Position numbers and translations under genes: made by a program
Virus record (IMG/VR): IMGVR_UViG_3300037484_000877
Coordinates: 1 to 39,840 of that record
From: a virus
Taxonomy: Duplodnaviria > Caudoviricetes
Length of the DNA: 39,840 nt
Direction: 5' to 3' (one strand)
Shown here: one piece after another, positions 26,851 to 36,374 of the stretch
Layout: each line of letters starts with the position of its first letter
Numbering within the stretch: position 1 is the stretch's first letter
Notes under the pieces: generated by a model
Seen by the model: only the letters and a program-made list of their open reading frames with translations
The model's database searches: none
Told to the model about the DNA's origin: nothing

Positions 26851-27649
26851 CGGGGGCCTCCTCTTTCGCGATTTCGAAGTACTTCGAAATCGCTTCGTGA
26901 ACCTGCACTCGGCCTACCCGCACGTTCGGCCGGAGTTTCGCGGGAGGAGTCGCATGGTACATCGGCCCAAGGTCGACGACCTCGCGTTCCCCGACCCACT
27001 TGATCTTCTCCACCATCCCGGTCTGGGGGTTCTTCTCCGGGACGACGTGCGTGAACGGAATCACGCGGCGCTTCGTGTCGATGATCCAGCCGTTCAACAC
27101 CGCTGGGTTCTGAGAGACCGGGAATCCCTGCGGCGTGTATCCGGTCCAGTAGTGCTGGCACTGGAACGAGTGGATGACGTCCGGCCGCTCCTTCAGATAC
27201 GCGATCACGTTGAACGGTCCGTGCCCAGCATACGGGCATCCGTTCCACGCCGAGCATCCGCGGTTGTTTCCGCGCGGCTCCCTGCAAGTCGATACGTTCG
27301 GCTGCGGAACCCTCGCGAATGCCTCCGGGAGCTTGATCGGCTGCCCCGTGTATCCGTTCCACTGCCGGATCGTCAGCGTCCTTCGATCGTACATGATGAC
27401 GCCGTTGTGCCCCCTCGGATGGCGGAAGGTTCCCCAGTCCGGGGCAACCCCCCGGTGAGTCGGGGCGTTCGGGTCGATCATCCTGGGATCTTGGGCGATG
27501 TGTGGCTTCAGCGCGTCCTGTCCGAGTCCCTGTAGGGCGCTCAGATCGGGGCTCGCCTCCGGCACTTCCTGAATCTCCCGCAATTCCGGGTTGTTGCTCA
27601 GGACCGGCGGCAGAAACTCATCCATCTCACTCGATCGAATCTCGTCCAT
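26585..27649 (-). CDS. Hypothetical late protein with Cys cluster
   Basis: 354-aa ORF after the capsid gene; CREP...GCSAWNGCP...CQH. Confidence 0.7.
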   Translation of the reverse strand: MDEIRSSEMDEFLPPVLSNNPELREIQEVPEASPDLSALQGLGQDALKPHIAQDPRMIDPNAPTHRGVAPDWGTFRHPRGHNGVIMYDRRTLTIRQWNGYTGQPIKLPEAFARVPQPNVSTCREPRGNNRGCSAWNGCPYAGHGPFNVIAYLKERPDVIHSFQCQHYWTGYTPQGFPVSQNPAVLNGWIIDTKRRVIPFTHVVPEKNPQTGMVEKIKWVGEREVVDLGPMYHATPPAKLRPNVRVGRVQVHEAISKYFEIAKEEAPVAGSEVAGKGTPAQAGSGHGDAPRVRAPGVAGAGRGKGKRKGRARAKGRVQGVKPSVDAPGRKLPKEGRVGAAPVSRRKDGGGPGIPG

Positions 27650-27700
27650 GAGAGTGAAGGGCGCGCCGCCCGTTGGGCCGACGCGCGCCCTCTCCGTTGC

Positions 27701-28588
27701 CTAGTTGGTGTTGTGCTCCACGATCAGGTCGCTCGAGAACTGCGGGGTCGTCGTCTTGTGCAGATACGTCGTCCCGAAGCCCGTGCTGCAAGCGATGGAC
27801 GTGGAGAGGCCGGGAATGTCCGTGCCCACGGCGTCGACGCCCGTGATGTTGCGGCCGAGCTCGATCTTCGGACGGTTCTTGCGAGCCATCCAAATCGAGT
27901 CGCGCACGAACACCGCGTTCGACTTCGGCGTGTTCTGGACGTTCGCCGTGAAGAAAATCTTCACGCCGTAGGCCATCTCGACGACACCCGTGATGGCGCC
28001 GCCCTTGCCCGCGTCACCGCGGTAGGCAGCGTTGACGATGTTGCCGGTCGAGAAGAAGTCGTCCCACAGCGACGTGTGGTAGACCCCGTAAATCTGGCCC
28101 ATCTCCACCTTGTCCCCACCGTTGGTGAGGAGCGTGGAGATAGCGAGCTGGAAGTCCGACTCCGACCACGCCACCGCACCACCGACCGTCGCAACCGCCG
28201 ACCCGAACAGCGTCGCGACCGCGATGTCGACCTTCTGGTAGAGCGACTCGCCCATCGGTGGGCTGTAGGCCTGGATCAGGTCCACGATGCCCGTCTGGGC
28301 CGCGTCCTCGCGCAGAACGCCGTGGGTGTAGATCCACGACGGCGTGATGTCGGCGGAGCCGATGTTCTGGGCCGTGTCCTGGATCGTCAGGAACGCGCCC
28401 GTGTAGTCGAGAGCCGCCGGCCACTGCTGCATGACCGGCCACTTGATCGTCCCGCCCGGCCCGTACCACTTCGATCCGGTGTCCAGGATAAGGCGGGTCA
28501 GCCCCCGGCGGTTGTTCGCCGAGTACTGAATCTTCTTCTCCCACAGCGTCGGAATGAGTGCTCCGGCGGTGGTCGGGGTGATAGCCAT
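27701..28588 (-). CDS. Major capsid protein (HK97 fold, podovirus type)
   Basis: LIPTLWEKKI N-terminus, GGTIKWP, ESLYQKVDIAV backbone helix, G.V...YGVKIFFT; strongest codon bias; follows the scaffold. Confidence 0.88.
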   Translation of the reverse strand: MAITPTTAGALIPTLWEKKIQYSANNRRGLTRLILDTGSKWYGPGGTIKWPVMQQWPAALDYTGAFLTIQDTAQNIGSADITPSWIYTHGVLREDAAQTGIVDLIQAYSPPMGESLYQKVDIAVATLFGSAVATVGGAVAWSESDFQLAISTLLTNGGDKVEMGQIYGVYHTSLWDDFFSTGNIVNAAYRGDAGKGGAITGVVEMAYGVKIFFTANVQNTPKSNAVFVRDSIWMARKNRPKIELGRNITGVDAVGTDIPGLSTSIACSTGFGTTYLHKTTTPQFSSDLIVEHNTN

Positions 28589-28608
28589 CCTTGGCTTCTC
28601 CTATAGCC

Positions 28609-29547
28609 CTAGTCGCGGATCCCTGGCAGAAGAACCGAAGCCGACACTCCGCTGAGTGCCTGCTCCATCGCGGCGATGTCCTGGTCCTCATTCCCCGTGC
28701 TCGGTGCCTTCGGGGACGGACCGCCCGCTCGATTTCCTGCCGGAACGAGAACCCTCGCATCGGGCTTCGTAAGGTCAGCGGTTGCCTGGCGCCGCGCGGC
28801 TCGAGCGACAGCAGGGCCCTTGAGGGCCCACGCGATGTCTCTCCAGATTTCCTGCCACGTGCGGTCCGGGTCCTCGTGGAGCGGCATCCGGCGAAGGTAC
28901 TGCCACATCTCCCGCTGCGAAGGCGGGTCGATGCCCATCTTGCCGTACTCCTTCTTCCACTCGGACTTGACCTCTTCGTAGCACTGGTTCGCGTAACCGC
29001 GCTCTTCGAGACGTTCGGCAGCCTGCTCCTTTGCTTCGATTCGCTCCATCAGCGAGTCGAGCTTCTCGCTTAGCTCTGGCGGAGCCTTTCCTCCCGAGGC
29101 CTCGATGGCCTCGATCTTGTCGGCCAGCCAGTTTACCGTCCCGACGACGTCCTGCGGGTTCGGGCGCTGCCGAGCGACCGGAGCCGGTCCTGCGGGGACC
29201 GACGCGACCGGATGCGGCGTTCGTGCGCCGCCTCCATCCGCACGGCTCCGACGGCGTTCGGCCTCGATTTCGGCCATCTGCTGAGAACGCCATTCCTCGA
29301 ACTCGTTGTAGAGGCGAGTGCCGTCCCAGCCGATCTGATTGCGCTTCACGAACTCGTCGATCGGGATGCCGAGCTCATCCGCCGCAGCCTGCGCGGTGGC
29401 GCGGGTCATCCGTGCCTCCTCGCCGCGGTTCTTCAGCGAGATGTACTCAGCTTCCGGAGCTTCCGCTGCCGGAGCGCCACCCTCAACGGAGGCCGGAGCA
29501 GGCAGAGCGCCTTCCGGTAGCTCGGGGGTGTCGTCGAAGCCTTCCAT
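28609..29547 (-). CDS. Capsid scaffolding protein
   Basis: Acidic N-terminus, coiled coils, directly upstream of the capsid gene. Confidence 0.7.
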   Translation of the reverse strand: MEGFDDTPELPEGALPAPASVEGGAPAAEAPEAEYISLKNRGEEARMTRATAQAAADELGIPIDEFVKRNQIGWDGTRLYNEFEEWRSQQMAEIEAERRRSRADGGGARTPHPVASVPAGPAPVARQRPNPQDVVGTVNWLADKIEAIEASGGKAPPELSEKLDSLMERIEAKEQAAERLEERGYANQCYEEVKSEWKKEYGKMGIDPPSQREMWQYLRRMPLHEDPDRTWQEIWRDIAWALKGPAVARAARRQATADLTKPDARVLVPAGNRAGGPSPKAPSTGNEDQDIAAMEQALSGVSASVLLPGIRD

Positions 29548-29577
29548 GCTTCCCTTCCTGACCCGTCCCTGGGGCCG

Positions 29578-29859
29578 CTACTCGCTGTCCGCTTCGTCGC
29601 GGAAAGGAGCGTTGCTCTCGGTATTCCAGTCGGGGTCCGCGTCGCCGTTGGCGTCCGCGTGGGTGAGCGACTCGGAGACTCTCTTCTCGACTCCCGCCAC
29701 GACCGTCTCCAGGGGGGCGGCGGGTTGATCCGGACCGCGCGTTCCAGCCATGGCCTCGGTTGGGAAGCGGATCATCGTCGGCTGCTCGAAATGAAGCCGC
29801 TGCGCCCCCTTCACGAGTGCGCTGAATGGCGCGTCGTTGTCGAACTCGATCGGGCTCAA
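29578..29859 (-). CDS. Hypothetical acidic protein
   Basis: TTGA coupling, GGGGGAGG RBS. Confidence 0.55.
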   Translation of the reverse strand: MSPIEFDNDAPFSALVKGAQRLHFEQPTMIRFPTEAMAGTRGPDQPAAPLETVVAGVEKRVSESLTHADANGDADPDWNTESNAPFRDEADSE

Positions 29860-30113
29860 GTCGTCCCTCCCCCCGTGAGGCTCCGTCCACCGTTGATCTC
29901 GTTGGACGTTTGGCCGAGGGCCTTCTCCTCACTGTCGTTGCTCCACGCCTTGACCTGCGTGGGAGCGGTCTCCTGAAGCGGGTTTCCCTTCTTGTCCATG
30001 TAGTCGGTCGATGGGCTCTTCGTGTGGGCGAGTCCCATCGTGTCGAAGCCGCCACCCACGAAATCCATATCGGGCTGGCCCTTCGCTCCTGGAATGCTCG
30101 TGGGGTTCGGCAT
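29856..30113 (-). CDS. Hypothetical protein
   Basis: TGATG coupling, GGGAGG RBS. Confidence 0.6.
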   Translation of the reverse strand: MPNPTSIPGAKGQPDMDFVGGGFDTMGLAHTKSPSTDYMDKKGNPLQETAPTQVKAWSNDSEEKALGQTSNEINGGRSLTGGGTT

Positions 30114-30385
30114 CAGTACCCTCCCTTGATCGCCTTCTCCGTGTCGAACGAATCTCCACGACCAGGGATCCCCTTGGAGGTCGGGGCCGATCCGCTCCGC
30201 TTCGCCTTCCCTTGCATCGACGTGCGCGCCTTCTGGCGCCGCTGGAGCATCATGTCGATCGCGTCACCGCGAGCCTGACGCCCAGAAGCCGCACCGGAGA
30301 GTCCGGCTGACTTCATGCCGTGCCCAGAGAAGGCCTTCCGCATCTCATCTTCGTTGAGGTCTTCCTCGGGCGGTCTCGGATTCAT
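30113..30385 (-). CDS. Hypothetical basic protein
   Basis: ATG 30385 right after the portal stop; GGAGG RBS. Confidence 0.55.
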   Translation of the reverse strand: MNPRPPEEDLNEDEMRKAFSGHGMKSAGLSGAASGRQARGDAIDMMLQRRQKARTSMQGKAKRSGSAPTSKGIPGRGDSFDTEKAIKGGY

Positions 30386-30386
30386 C

Positions 30387-32333
30387 CTACATCCCTCCTG
30401 GAGGACCGGCGCCAATCATTTGCTGCGGCACCATCCCCGGCTGTGGCGCGGCTCCGCCGGCGGCCTCGGCCGCGTCGGCTTCTGCCTGGGCCGTCTGCTT
30501 CGCCTGCTCGTCGATGATCGACTTTCGCTCCATGATCTCGCGCACGAGGGCGCGATCGCCCTTCGCAATCATCCGAAGCATGATGTCGCCGTAGGGGCTA
30601 TCGAGTCCACCCTGACCGATGAAACCGTTCACGTTCTGGCCGAGGAGATTGTCCTTCTCGGTACGATCCGGGTCCGCCTCGACGAGCATCGTCAGGTCAT
30701 CCGGGAGATCCCCGGGCGCGATTGGCTTCGGCGTGTAGGTTCCGTTCGCCTGGAGCGCGTGGTAGTTCGCCTCTTCCGGATCGAATTGCCGCTTCATCTG
30801 ATACGTCTGGCTCGCGAGCTGAGACGACCAGTTGTTGTATTCGACGAGATGGAGTCCGACCCGCGTCTGCCCGAGCTTGCCCATGATTTCCACTTCGCGG
30901 CCGCTCGACGGATCGGAAGGCCCAAGGCCCTGCATCACCGGAGTTACGCCGCTGACCTCGTTCATGTCGGCCTTGAGCGCGCCGTCGATGATCTGGTGCA
31001 TCTGTGGGTTGTAACCGTCGGGAACGACGTACCGGGCACGCCCCATGAACGCGAACGGCACGGGAACGACGTCGCCAGGTCGGTTGCCTAGGTGTCGGTA
31101 CGCCTGTACCTCGGCCGGAACCTCGAGCGGACCGTTGCCGGCGAGGCGCATGAAGTCGATGCCCTGCGCGATGTTCTTGTTGAGCGACTCCTGCACCGTG
31201 CGGAGCATGGCGACCTCGCCATAACCCCACGGCCGGCGCGGGACGTAGTAGTTCACGTACTCCTGGAACGGGAATACCTCGCGAATCTTGACCTTGTTCG
31301 GGCCGTCGTAGAGCAGCGCGTCTTCGGTGAGGCAGATGAGTCGGCCGTAGGGGTACTTGTTCCTACGCTCCTTCATCTGGTCGATCACCGGAGGGAGCAT
31401 CGTTCGGCTCACCTGGGTTCCCTGGCAGTCCGGGCACGACGGGATCTCGGAGCCCATCTCGAACGCTCCATCATCTTCCTCGAACGTCCGGCCACACGTG
31501 GAGCATTGGTAGCCCGGCATCGGTTCCTTGATGAGAACGTCCTTCAGCTCCTCGATTACCTCGACGTCCTTGATGTAGATGAAGGCGACGTCCGCCTTCC
31601 GCTCGCAGAGCGCTCCATCCCGAACTACGAGCTCGCCGGTTCCGCTCCCGAAGATGAGCTCCTCGGCGCTCCGGCTGTACTGGACTTCGCCCATCTTCCC
31701 GACCTGCTTTTCCTTCGGCTTCACGAGCTGCCAGGTGTCGGGGAAGAACTTCCGAACGTCGCTCATGTCGAGCTCGGGCTGGTAGATGACGAAGCGGCCG
31801 TCGTGGAGGCGATCCTTCGAGGGGTCCTTGTAGAGACGCTGCGGGTCGACCAGCTCCAGGTTGAGATCGTAGCGCTGGGTGACCTCGTTCATCGTTGGGT
31901 AGAGATGGGAAATCCCGGTCCCGCAGATCAGGCCGTCCGTCATCACTCCCTGGCCGGTCTGGCGCCACTTGAGGAGCTGAAGCGCGTGACGCGTAACCGT
32001 CGCCGCGTCCTCGCGCTGCTCGAGCGTGACGTCATCGCGTAGGGGCTCGGCGCGCACCTGAGGCTCGGCCGACAACACGAAGGCGAGCTTCTGATGGATT
32101 ACGGCCCAGATGTAGTTGCGGACGCTCTGGTTCTTCCATTTCGAACGGTAGAGCGCGCGGTAGTTGGCGGGGAGCGCCCAGTGATTCTCGCCGAGCGCGA
32201 ACTTCTGGTCCTCCTGGAAGGAGGAAGTGTAGACGCGGGACCGCGCTCGCGCTGAATCGAGAAGCGCCTTCCCGATCTTGTAAGCGGAGAGCTCGGTCGT
32301 GCTCTGGGTATCAACCTGAGGATCGTCGGCCAT
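30387..32333 (-). CDS. Portal protein (P22-like) with inserted Zn ribbon
   Basis: 648 aa after TerL; VRNYIW, DGLICGTG, FPF...WGYGEV..L...QESLN, EVSGV...G.....SGR motifs; Gln/Ala tail. Confidence 0.9.
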   Translation of the reverse strand: MADDPQVDTQSTTELSAYKIGKALLDSARARSRVYTSSFQEDQKFALGENHWALPANYRALYRSKWKNQSVRNYIWAVIHQKLAFVLSAEPQVRAEPLRDDVTLEQREDAATVTRHALQLLKWRQTGQGVMTDGLICGTGISHLYPTMNEVTQRYDLNLELVDPQRLYKDPSKDRLHDGRFVIYQPELDMSDVRKFFPDTWQLVKPKEKQVGKMGEVQYSRSAEELIFGSGTGELVVRDGALCERKADVAFIYIKDVEVIEELKDVLIKEPMPGYQCSTCGRTFEEDDGAFEMGSEIPSCPDCQGTQVSRTMLPPVIDQMKERRNKYPYGRLICLTEDALLYDGPNKVKIREVFPFQEYVNYYVPRRPWGYGEVAMLRTVQESLNKNIAQGIDFMRLAGNGPLEVPAEVQAYRHLGNRPGDVVPVPFAFMGRARYVVPDGYNPQMHQIIDGALKADMNEVSGVTPVMQGLGPSDPSSGREVEIMGKLGQTRVGLHLVEYNNWSSQLASQTYQMKRQFDPEEANYHALQANGTYTPKPIAPGDLPDDLTMLVEADPDRTEKDNLLGQNVNGFIGQGGLDSPYGDIMLRMIAKGDRALVREIMERKSIIDEQAKQTAQAEADAAEAAGGAAPQPGMVPQQMIGAGPPGGM

Positions 32334-32397
32334 CGTGCCCTTCCGTGAGCGTGAGACTTCCCTGTCGCGGAACTTTCCGGCCAGAACCCCTAGTCCG

Positions 32398-32604
32398 TCA
32401 AGGGTTTCCTCCGATGTCGGCCTTGGCGTCCACGATTGCCAGGAAGGCCGTCTTGATCTGTTCCATGGTGGCGTCCTCGTGGGACGGGCAGAGCAGGGCC
32501 GAGAACGTGTGATCGTGCGGAAGGAAGACCTTCCTCCGAGTGCTCGCAGGCCTCTCTTCTCCGGAGAAGGCGCAGATCAGGCAGAGCTGCCGTGGCTCGT
32601 TCAT
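32398..32604 (-). CDS. Small Cys/His protein
   Basis: CLIC...CPSH; ATGA coupling to TerL. Confidence 0.55.
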   Translation of the reverse strand: MNEPRQLCLICAFSGEERPASTRRKVFLPHDHTFSALLCPSHEDATMEQIKTAFLAIVDAKADIGGNP

Positions 32605-34202
32605 TGGATTCCGCTCCCGAGGTACTCCTCGCGATAGTTTTCCCACGGCTCGTAGACAGGCGGGGGGCTCATCATGTTGACGGTCTGAGCCATGCAGCCG
32701 GCCATCAGGTGATCATCGTTTCGGCCGTGGATGTGGTCGATGCGCTTCGTTCCCGTCTGCTTGTTGACCTTCAGGATCATGTTGGACGCCTCGAGGAGCA
32801 GGTCCTTCGACGGCACGAAGCGCGGGTCCGTGAGGAGCTCCTTGAAGGTCGAGAAGAGCTGCCCGCGCGAGTAGTCGTTCGTGTGCCATCCGTAGTGGTC
32901 CTTGAACGTCGCGTTCGTCGCGGTGTAGTCCTGGCGGACGTAGAGGTTCCCGTAGGTCCCCTGGATGTTCGCGAGCGTCGCGCCGCCGGCCTCGCTATTC
33001 GACTCGATGACCGCCAGGGCGTCGTTGTACCAGGTCGCCAGCGGGGCGATGACGTGCTTCGCGAACTCGATCGGAGGGGTTTCGCGCGAGACGAAGTAGG
33101 CGACCTCGACCGGCGACGTCCGGTCCCAGACGGAGGCGCAGGATCGGTCCCGGTAGACCCCCATCGAGGGGTCGGCGCCGAGGATGTACTGCCGGCCCTT
33201 CTCGGGCGTGTGGATGACGTAGAGATCCCCGTCCGCTCGCTCCTCGAGAATCGGGATGATCATCCCGTTCGGGCTCCGGCCCATCCGGATCGAGTAGCGC
33301 CTCCCGGCCTTGCATCGCGACATCACCGCGGCGATCTGCTCAGCCCTGAAGGCCGAATTGCCACCGGTGAGGGACCGAACGCCCATGATTCTCGACTCGA
33401 AGTCGATGGGATCCACGGAGTTGAGGCCCTGGATGATGTGCTCGTTCGGAAGGAATCCCCCGGCGGCCTCCCAGCGGACCGGTTCCCTTTTCCAGGCGAG
33501 CTTGTAGCTCCCGGCCTCGGAGGCGCAGTCCAGAAGCGAGAAATTGAAGGCCTCCGCGCCGTGGAAGCGTTTCTCTGAGCCCTCGTCGCTGATGTAGTCC
33601 CAGACCCACGTGTACCCCTGGTGAGGGGTCATCGTGATGAAGTAGAAGAACGGCCAGCCCGGCTTCTTTCGGCGCATGCACTCCCGGAAGATCGAGTAGC
33701 CCTCGTCACCAGGCCACTCCTCGTCTTGCCAGATCGCCATGACGCGCTGTGACTGGAACTTGAGCGGGCCCGACTCGCAGGCCTTCACGTAGAGCTTCGA
33801 GCCCCACGGTGGCGGGAGCTGGTAGTACAAGCCCTTGTCCGTCTTCAGCTTGCTCCCCTTCGGGAGCATCGCGTTCAACGCCGCATCCATTTCGGGCCAG
33901 TTGTTCTTGAAGTCGAGGCAGATGGCCCAGCATACGTTGGGGGTGGGGTAGATCTCGTCGCGGAAGTGGTTGTAGCCGGTGAGGAACATCACCATCTCGG
34001 CGGCCGCGGCCCACGTCTTCCCGCCGCCGTTCGGACCCTCGAGGCTCTTCAGCCACGACGTCGACCGGTGAAAACCGTCCCGGATCTTCGGGACGGGCGT
34101 GTAGTAGCGCCACGGGCGCTCCTCGCGCGCGCGCGCCGCCCGCTCTAGGCGGGCCTGGATTTCAAGCGGTGTGAGCGATGAGGAGTTTTCGGATGGAGCC
34201 AC
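32601..34202 (-). CDS. terL: Terminase large subunit
   Basis: Walker A GPNGGGKT, Walker B IWQDEE, motif III TMTP, RNase H nuclease YILGADPSMG...D.S, IESN, DDHLMA. Confidence 0.95.
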   Translation of the reverse strand: MAPSENSSSLTPLEIQARLERAARAREERPWRYYTPVPKIRDGFHRSTSWLKSLEGPNGGGKTWAAAAEMVMFLTGYNHFRDEIYPTPNVCWAICLDFKNNWPEMDAALNAMLPKGSKLKTDKGLYYQLPPPWGSKLYVKACESGPLKFQSQRVMAIWQDEEWPGDEGYSIFRECMRRKKPGWPFFYFITMTPHQGYTWVWDYISDEGSEKRFHGAEAFNFSLLDCASEAGSYKLAWKREPVRWEAAGGFLPNEHIIQGLNSVDPIDFESRIMGVRSLTGGNSAFRAEQIAAVMSRCKAGRRYSIRMGRSPNGMIIPILEERADGDLYVIHTPEKGRQYILGADPSMGVYRDRSCASVWDRTSPVEVAYFVSRETPPIEFAKHVIAPLATWYNDALAVIESNSEAGGATLANIQGTYGNLYVRQDYTATNATFKDHYGWHTNDYSRGQLFSTFKELLTDPRFVPSKDLLLEASNMILKVNKQTGTKRIDHIHGRNDDHLMAGCMAQTVNMMSPPPVYEPWENYREEYLGSGIQ

Positions 34203-34719
34203 TGTCCTCGATCTCCTTGAGCTCGGACAGGACGCGGCGATCTTCGTCGAGGGTCGGGTCTGAGCCGTGATTCACCTGCACCCCAACTGCGACGTTCGCA
34301 TTGAACGTAATCGACTCAGGGCGAAGCACTTCGGCCATCGTAAGGTGGAGTTTCGCGGCCAGGAGCCGCTCCGACGGCTTGTTGGACCGGTCTGAGTAGA
34401 TTTCCGTGAGGACGTCGAGCACGTCAGGGGCCCGGTGGACGGCCTCCGCGACCACTCGCTCCCGGATCGAGGCCAGGACCCGTCGATTCCGATAGGCCTG
34501 GCGGATGAACGCCCGGGTGACCCCCATCTTCTCGGCCATCCAGGCGACCTCATCGCCCTTCAGGCCTACCATGGCGGCTCGGGCGCTCGTGCTCTTGGCC
34601 CAGACGTGCGCCAGTCGCTCCACCAGGCCCTCGGTGAGACGTTTCTTCCCGAGAAGGCCCGACTCCCCGAGGGGGAGAGTCCGGATCTCTACGGGGTGCG
34701 CCTCAAGCAGTTTGCTCAC
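34162..34719 (-). CDS. terS: Terminase small subunit (putative)
   Basis: HTH-like MAEKMGVTRAFI, helical core, directly upstream of terL. Confidence 0.6.
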   Translation of the reverse strand: MSKLLEAHPVEIRTLPLGESGLLGKKRLTEGLVERLAHVWAKSTSARAAMVGLKGDEVAWMAEKMGVTRAFIRQAYRNRRVLASIRERVVAEAVHRAPDVLDVLTEIYSDRSNKPSERLLAAKLHLTMAEVLRPESITFNANVAVGVQVNHGSDPTLDEDRRVLSELKEIEDSGSIRKLLIAHTA

Positions 34720-35111
34720 ACTTCCCTCGCGGCTTGCGCCATCACGGCGGCGGCGATCTCCGGGTCAACCGGGTCGTCAGGGTTCACGCCAAGCTCTTTG
34801 GCCCACTGCTCTTCCTCGTCTCGCGCCTGTTTCTCGGCTGCCTTCGCCGATTCCTTCGCGAGCTCCACTTCCGCCGCCGTCGCCTCTCGGGACGGCTCGG
34901 CCGGCTTCAGGAGGAGGAGCGAGACCCGGTCCAGCTGGTACTCGATCGCCTTCATCTGGTGCTGAATGATCGAGAAGTGCTTCGTCGCGACCAAGAGCTT
35001 GTCCACCGTATCCTGAAGATGAATAAGGCGTTGCTCCAATCTTGGCAGATCGGCTGTCCAGTCCGGTGTTACGTTTATTCCCGGATTATTCCCGTCAAGC
35101 GGCTCGACCAT
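34716..35111 (-). CDS. Coiled-coil hypothetical protein
   Basis: GTGA coupling to terS; AAGGA RBS. Confidence 0.65.
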   Translation of the reverse strand: MVEPLDGNNPGINVTPDWTADLPRLEQRLIHLQDTVDKLLVATKHFSIIQHQMKAIEYQLDRVSLLLLKPAEPSREATAAEVELAKESAKAAEKQARDEEEQWAKELGVNPDDPVDPEIAAAVMAQAAREV

Positions 35112-35367
35112 GGCGTCCTTGCCGGCCCCCGCGCGCGGGGGTCTCGGTTTCGGGGTCGGCGGGAGGGTCTGGCGTCGTGACTGGAGTCTGCGGCAGGTGC
35201 CCCCCGACGGTAACCCCGGTACCGTCCCGGCTCAGGAGCGGCTTACCGCAGTGGCAGATTACGAAGTAGTGACCGGCCGGCCACTGGGCCATCGTGTACG
35301 ACTGACCGCACGCGCAGTTGATGGTCATGGCTCTCCTCACGTTCTCGCTGAAGTGTATGTCTGTCAT
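35095..35367 (-). CDS. Zn-ribbon protein, first gene of the late operon
   Basis: GGAGGG RBS before ATG 35367; CACG...CHCG. Confidence 0.6.
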   Translation of the reverse strand: MTDIHFSENVRRAMTINCACGQSYTMAQWPAGHYFVICHCGKPLLSRDGTGVTVGGHLPQTPVTTPDPPADPETETPARGGRQGRHGRAA

Positions 35368-35555
35368 CGGTCCCTCCAAACGCGGGTGCGGGCGCTCGTT
35401 GAGCCGACCCCGCTTCTGACCCGCGCATCGGAGGGAAGGTGCCTTGGCCTCCGCCCTGCCGGGTTGGGAGTCCAGCCTGGGGCATCCATTCCCTTCGGCG
35501 CGGCCCACGGCCGGAAACGTAGCCCCGATCCGTGGCGGCGGTCAACAGAAAGTGG

Positions 35556-35584
35556 TTGCGCGGACGGAAATCATCGTGCATAAT
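35556..35584 (+). promoter_or_regulatory. Sigma70-like promoter for the DIP1984-like/ncRNA operon
   Basis: TTGCGC-17 nt-CATAAT in the divergent intergenic region. Confidence 0.55.
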
Positions 35585-35622
35585 GTCTTTCGATTTCCTA
35601 GAACCAACGAACGGAGGGAAGC

Positions 35623-36183
35623 ATGGCAACCGAAGACCTTCAGAGCAGCATGACTATCACCGAGGGGCTCGCTGAGACGAAGACGCTCAACGCGCGCATG
35701 GACAAGAAGCGCCAGGCGATCGCGAACAACCTTGTGCGCGACGCCCGCCTCAAGGATCCGATGACGGACGACGGCGGGCAGGTCGAATACGTCCGCGCCG
35801 AACGCCAGTCGATCGACGACCTGGGGAAACGGCTCGTGAATATCCGGACCTCCATCCAGTTCAAGAATCAGACCACCTTCCTCACGGTGCTCGGCGAGAC
35901 GAAGAGCGTCGCCGAATGGCTGACCTGGAGGAAGGAGGTTGCCCCGGCCTACAAGACGTTCCTCAGCTCGATCGCGCAGGCGATCAGCCGCGCGCGGAAG
36001 GACCCTGTCGTCACGCGAGACAATCTCCGAGTGACCGACAAGCCTCAGGGCGAGACCGGGGAGGTCATCGTCAACTTGAACGAGAAGGAACTGAACGAGC
36101 AGATCGAGCACGTCGAGCACGTCCTCGGAGACCTGGACGGGAAGCTCTCACTCATCAACGCGACGACCGTCATCTCGCTCTGA
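35623..36183 (+). CDS. DIP1984/septicolysin-like all-helical protein
   Basis: MTITEGLAETKTLNARMDKK...IRTSIQFKNQTT...KSVAEWLTWRK...LDGKLSLINATT pattern recalled for this family; GGAGGG RBS. Confidence 0.55.
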   Translation: MATEDLQSSMTITEGLAETKTLNARMDKKRQAIANNLVRDARLKDPMTDDGGQVEYVRAERQSIDDLGKRLVNIRTSIQFKNQTTFLTVLGETKSVAEWLTWRKEVAPAYKTFLSSIAQAISRARKDPVVTRDNLRVTDKPQGETGEVIVNLNEKELNEQIEHVEHVLGDLDGKLSLINATTVISL

Positions 36184-36368
36184 TGCGCTTCGAGTGCGCT
36201 GACCCAGACGCCGTGGAGTTCACTCTCACGCACACGATGACGCTCCTAGAATGGAAGTCGCTGATGAAGAATCTCTCCACCATCTCGTACCCTGACGCAG
36301 ACTTCGTCGGGGCGATCCGAGAGATGATCGGCAAGGCCGAGAAGGAGTTTCACCCGGACATGAAGTAG
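36183..36368 (+). CDS. Small hypothetical protein
   Basis: TGATG coupling; MRFECADPDAVEFTLTHTMTLLEWK. Confidence 0.65.
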   Translation: MRFECADPDAVEFTLTHTMTLLEWKSLMKNLSTISYPDADFVGAIREMIGKAEKEFHPDMK

Positions 36369-36374
36369 TTTCAC

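Noticed and set aside
12845-35583. Long plus-strand ORFs opposite the structural genes (e.g. 15260-16216, 21383-22672, 27713-28606, 31092-32042, 32592-33578)
   Set aside because: Antisense shadows expected from high-GC codon bias; Arg/Pro-rich with no motifs
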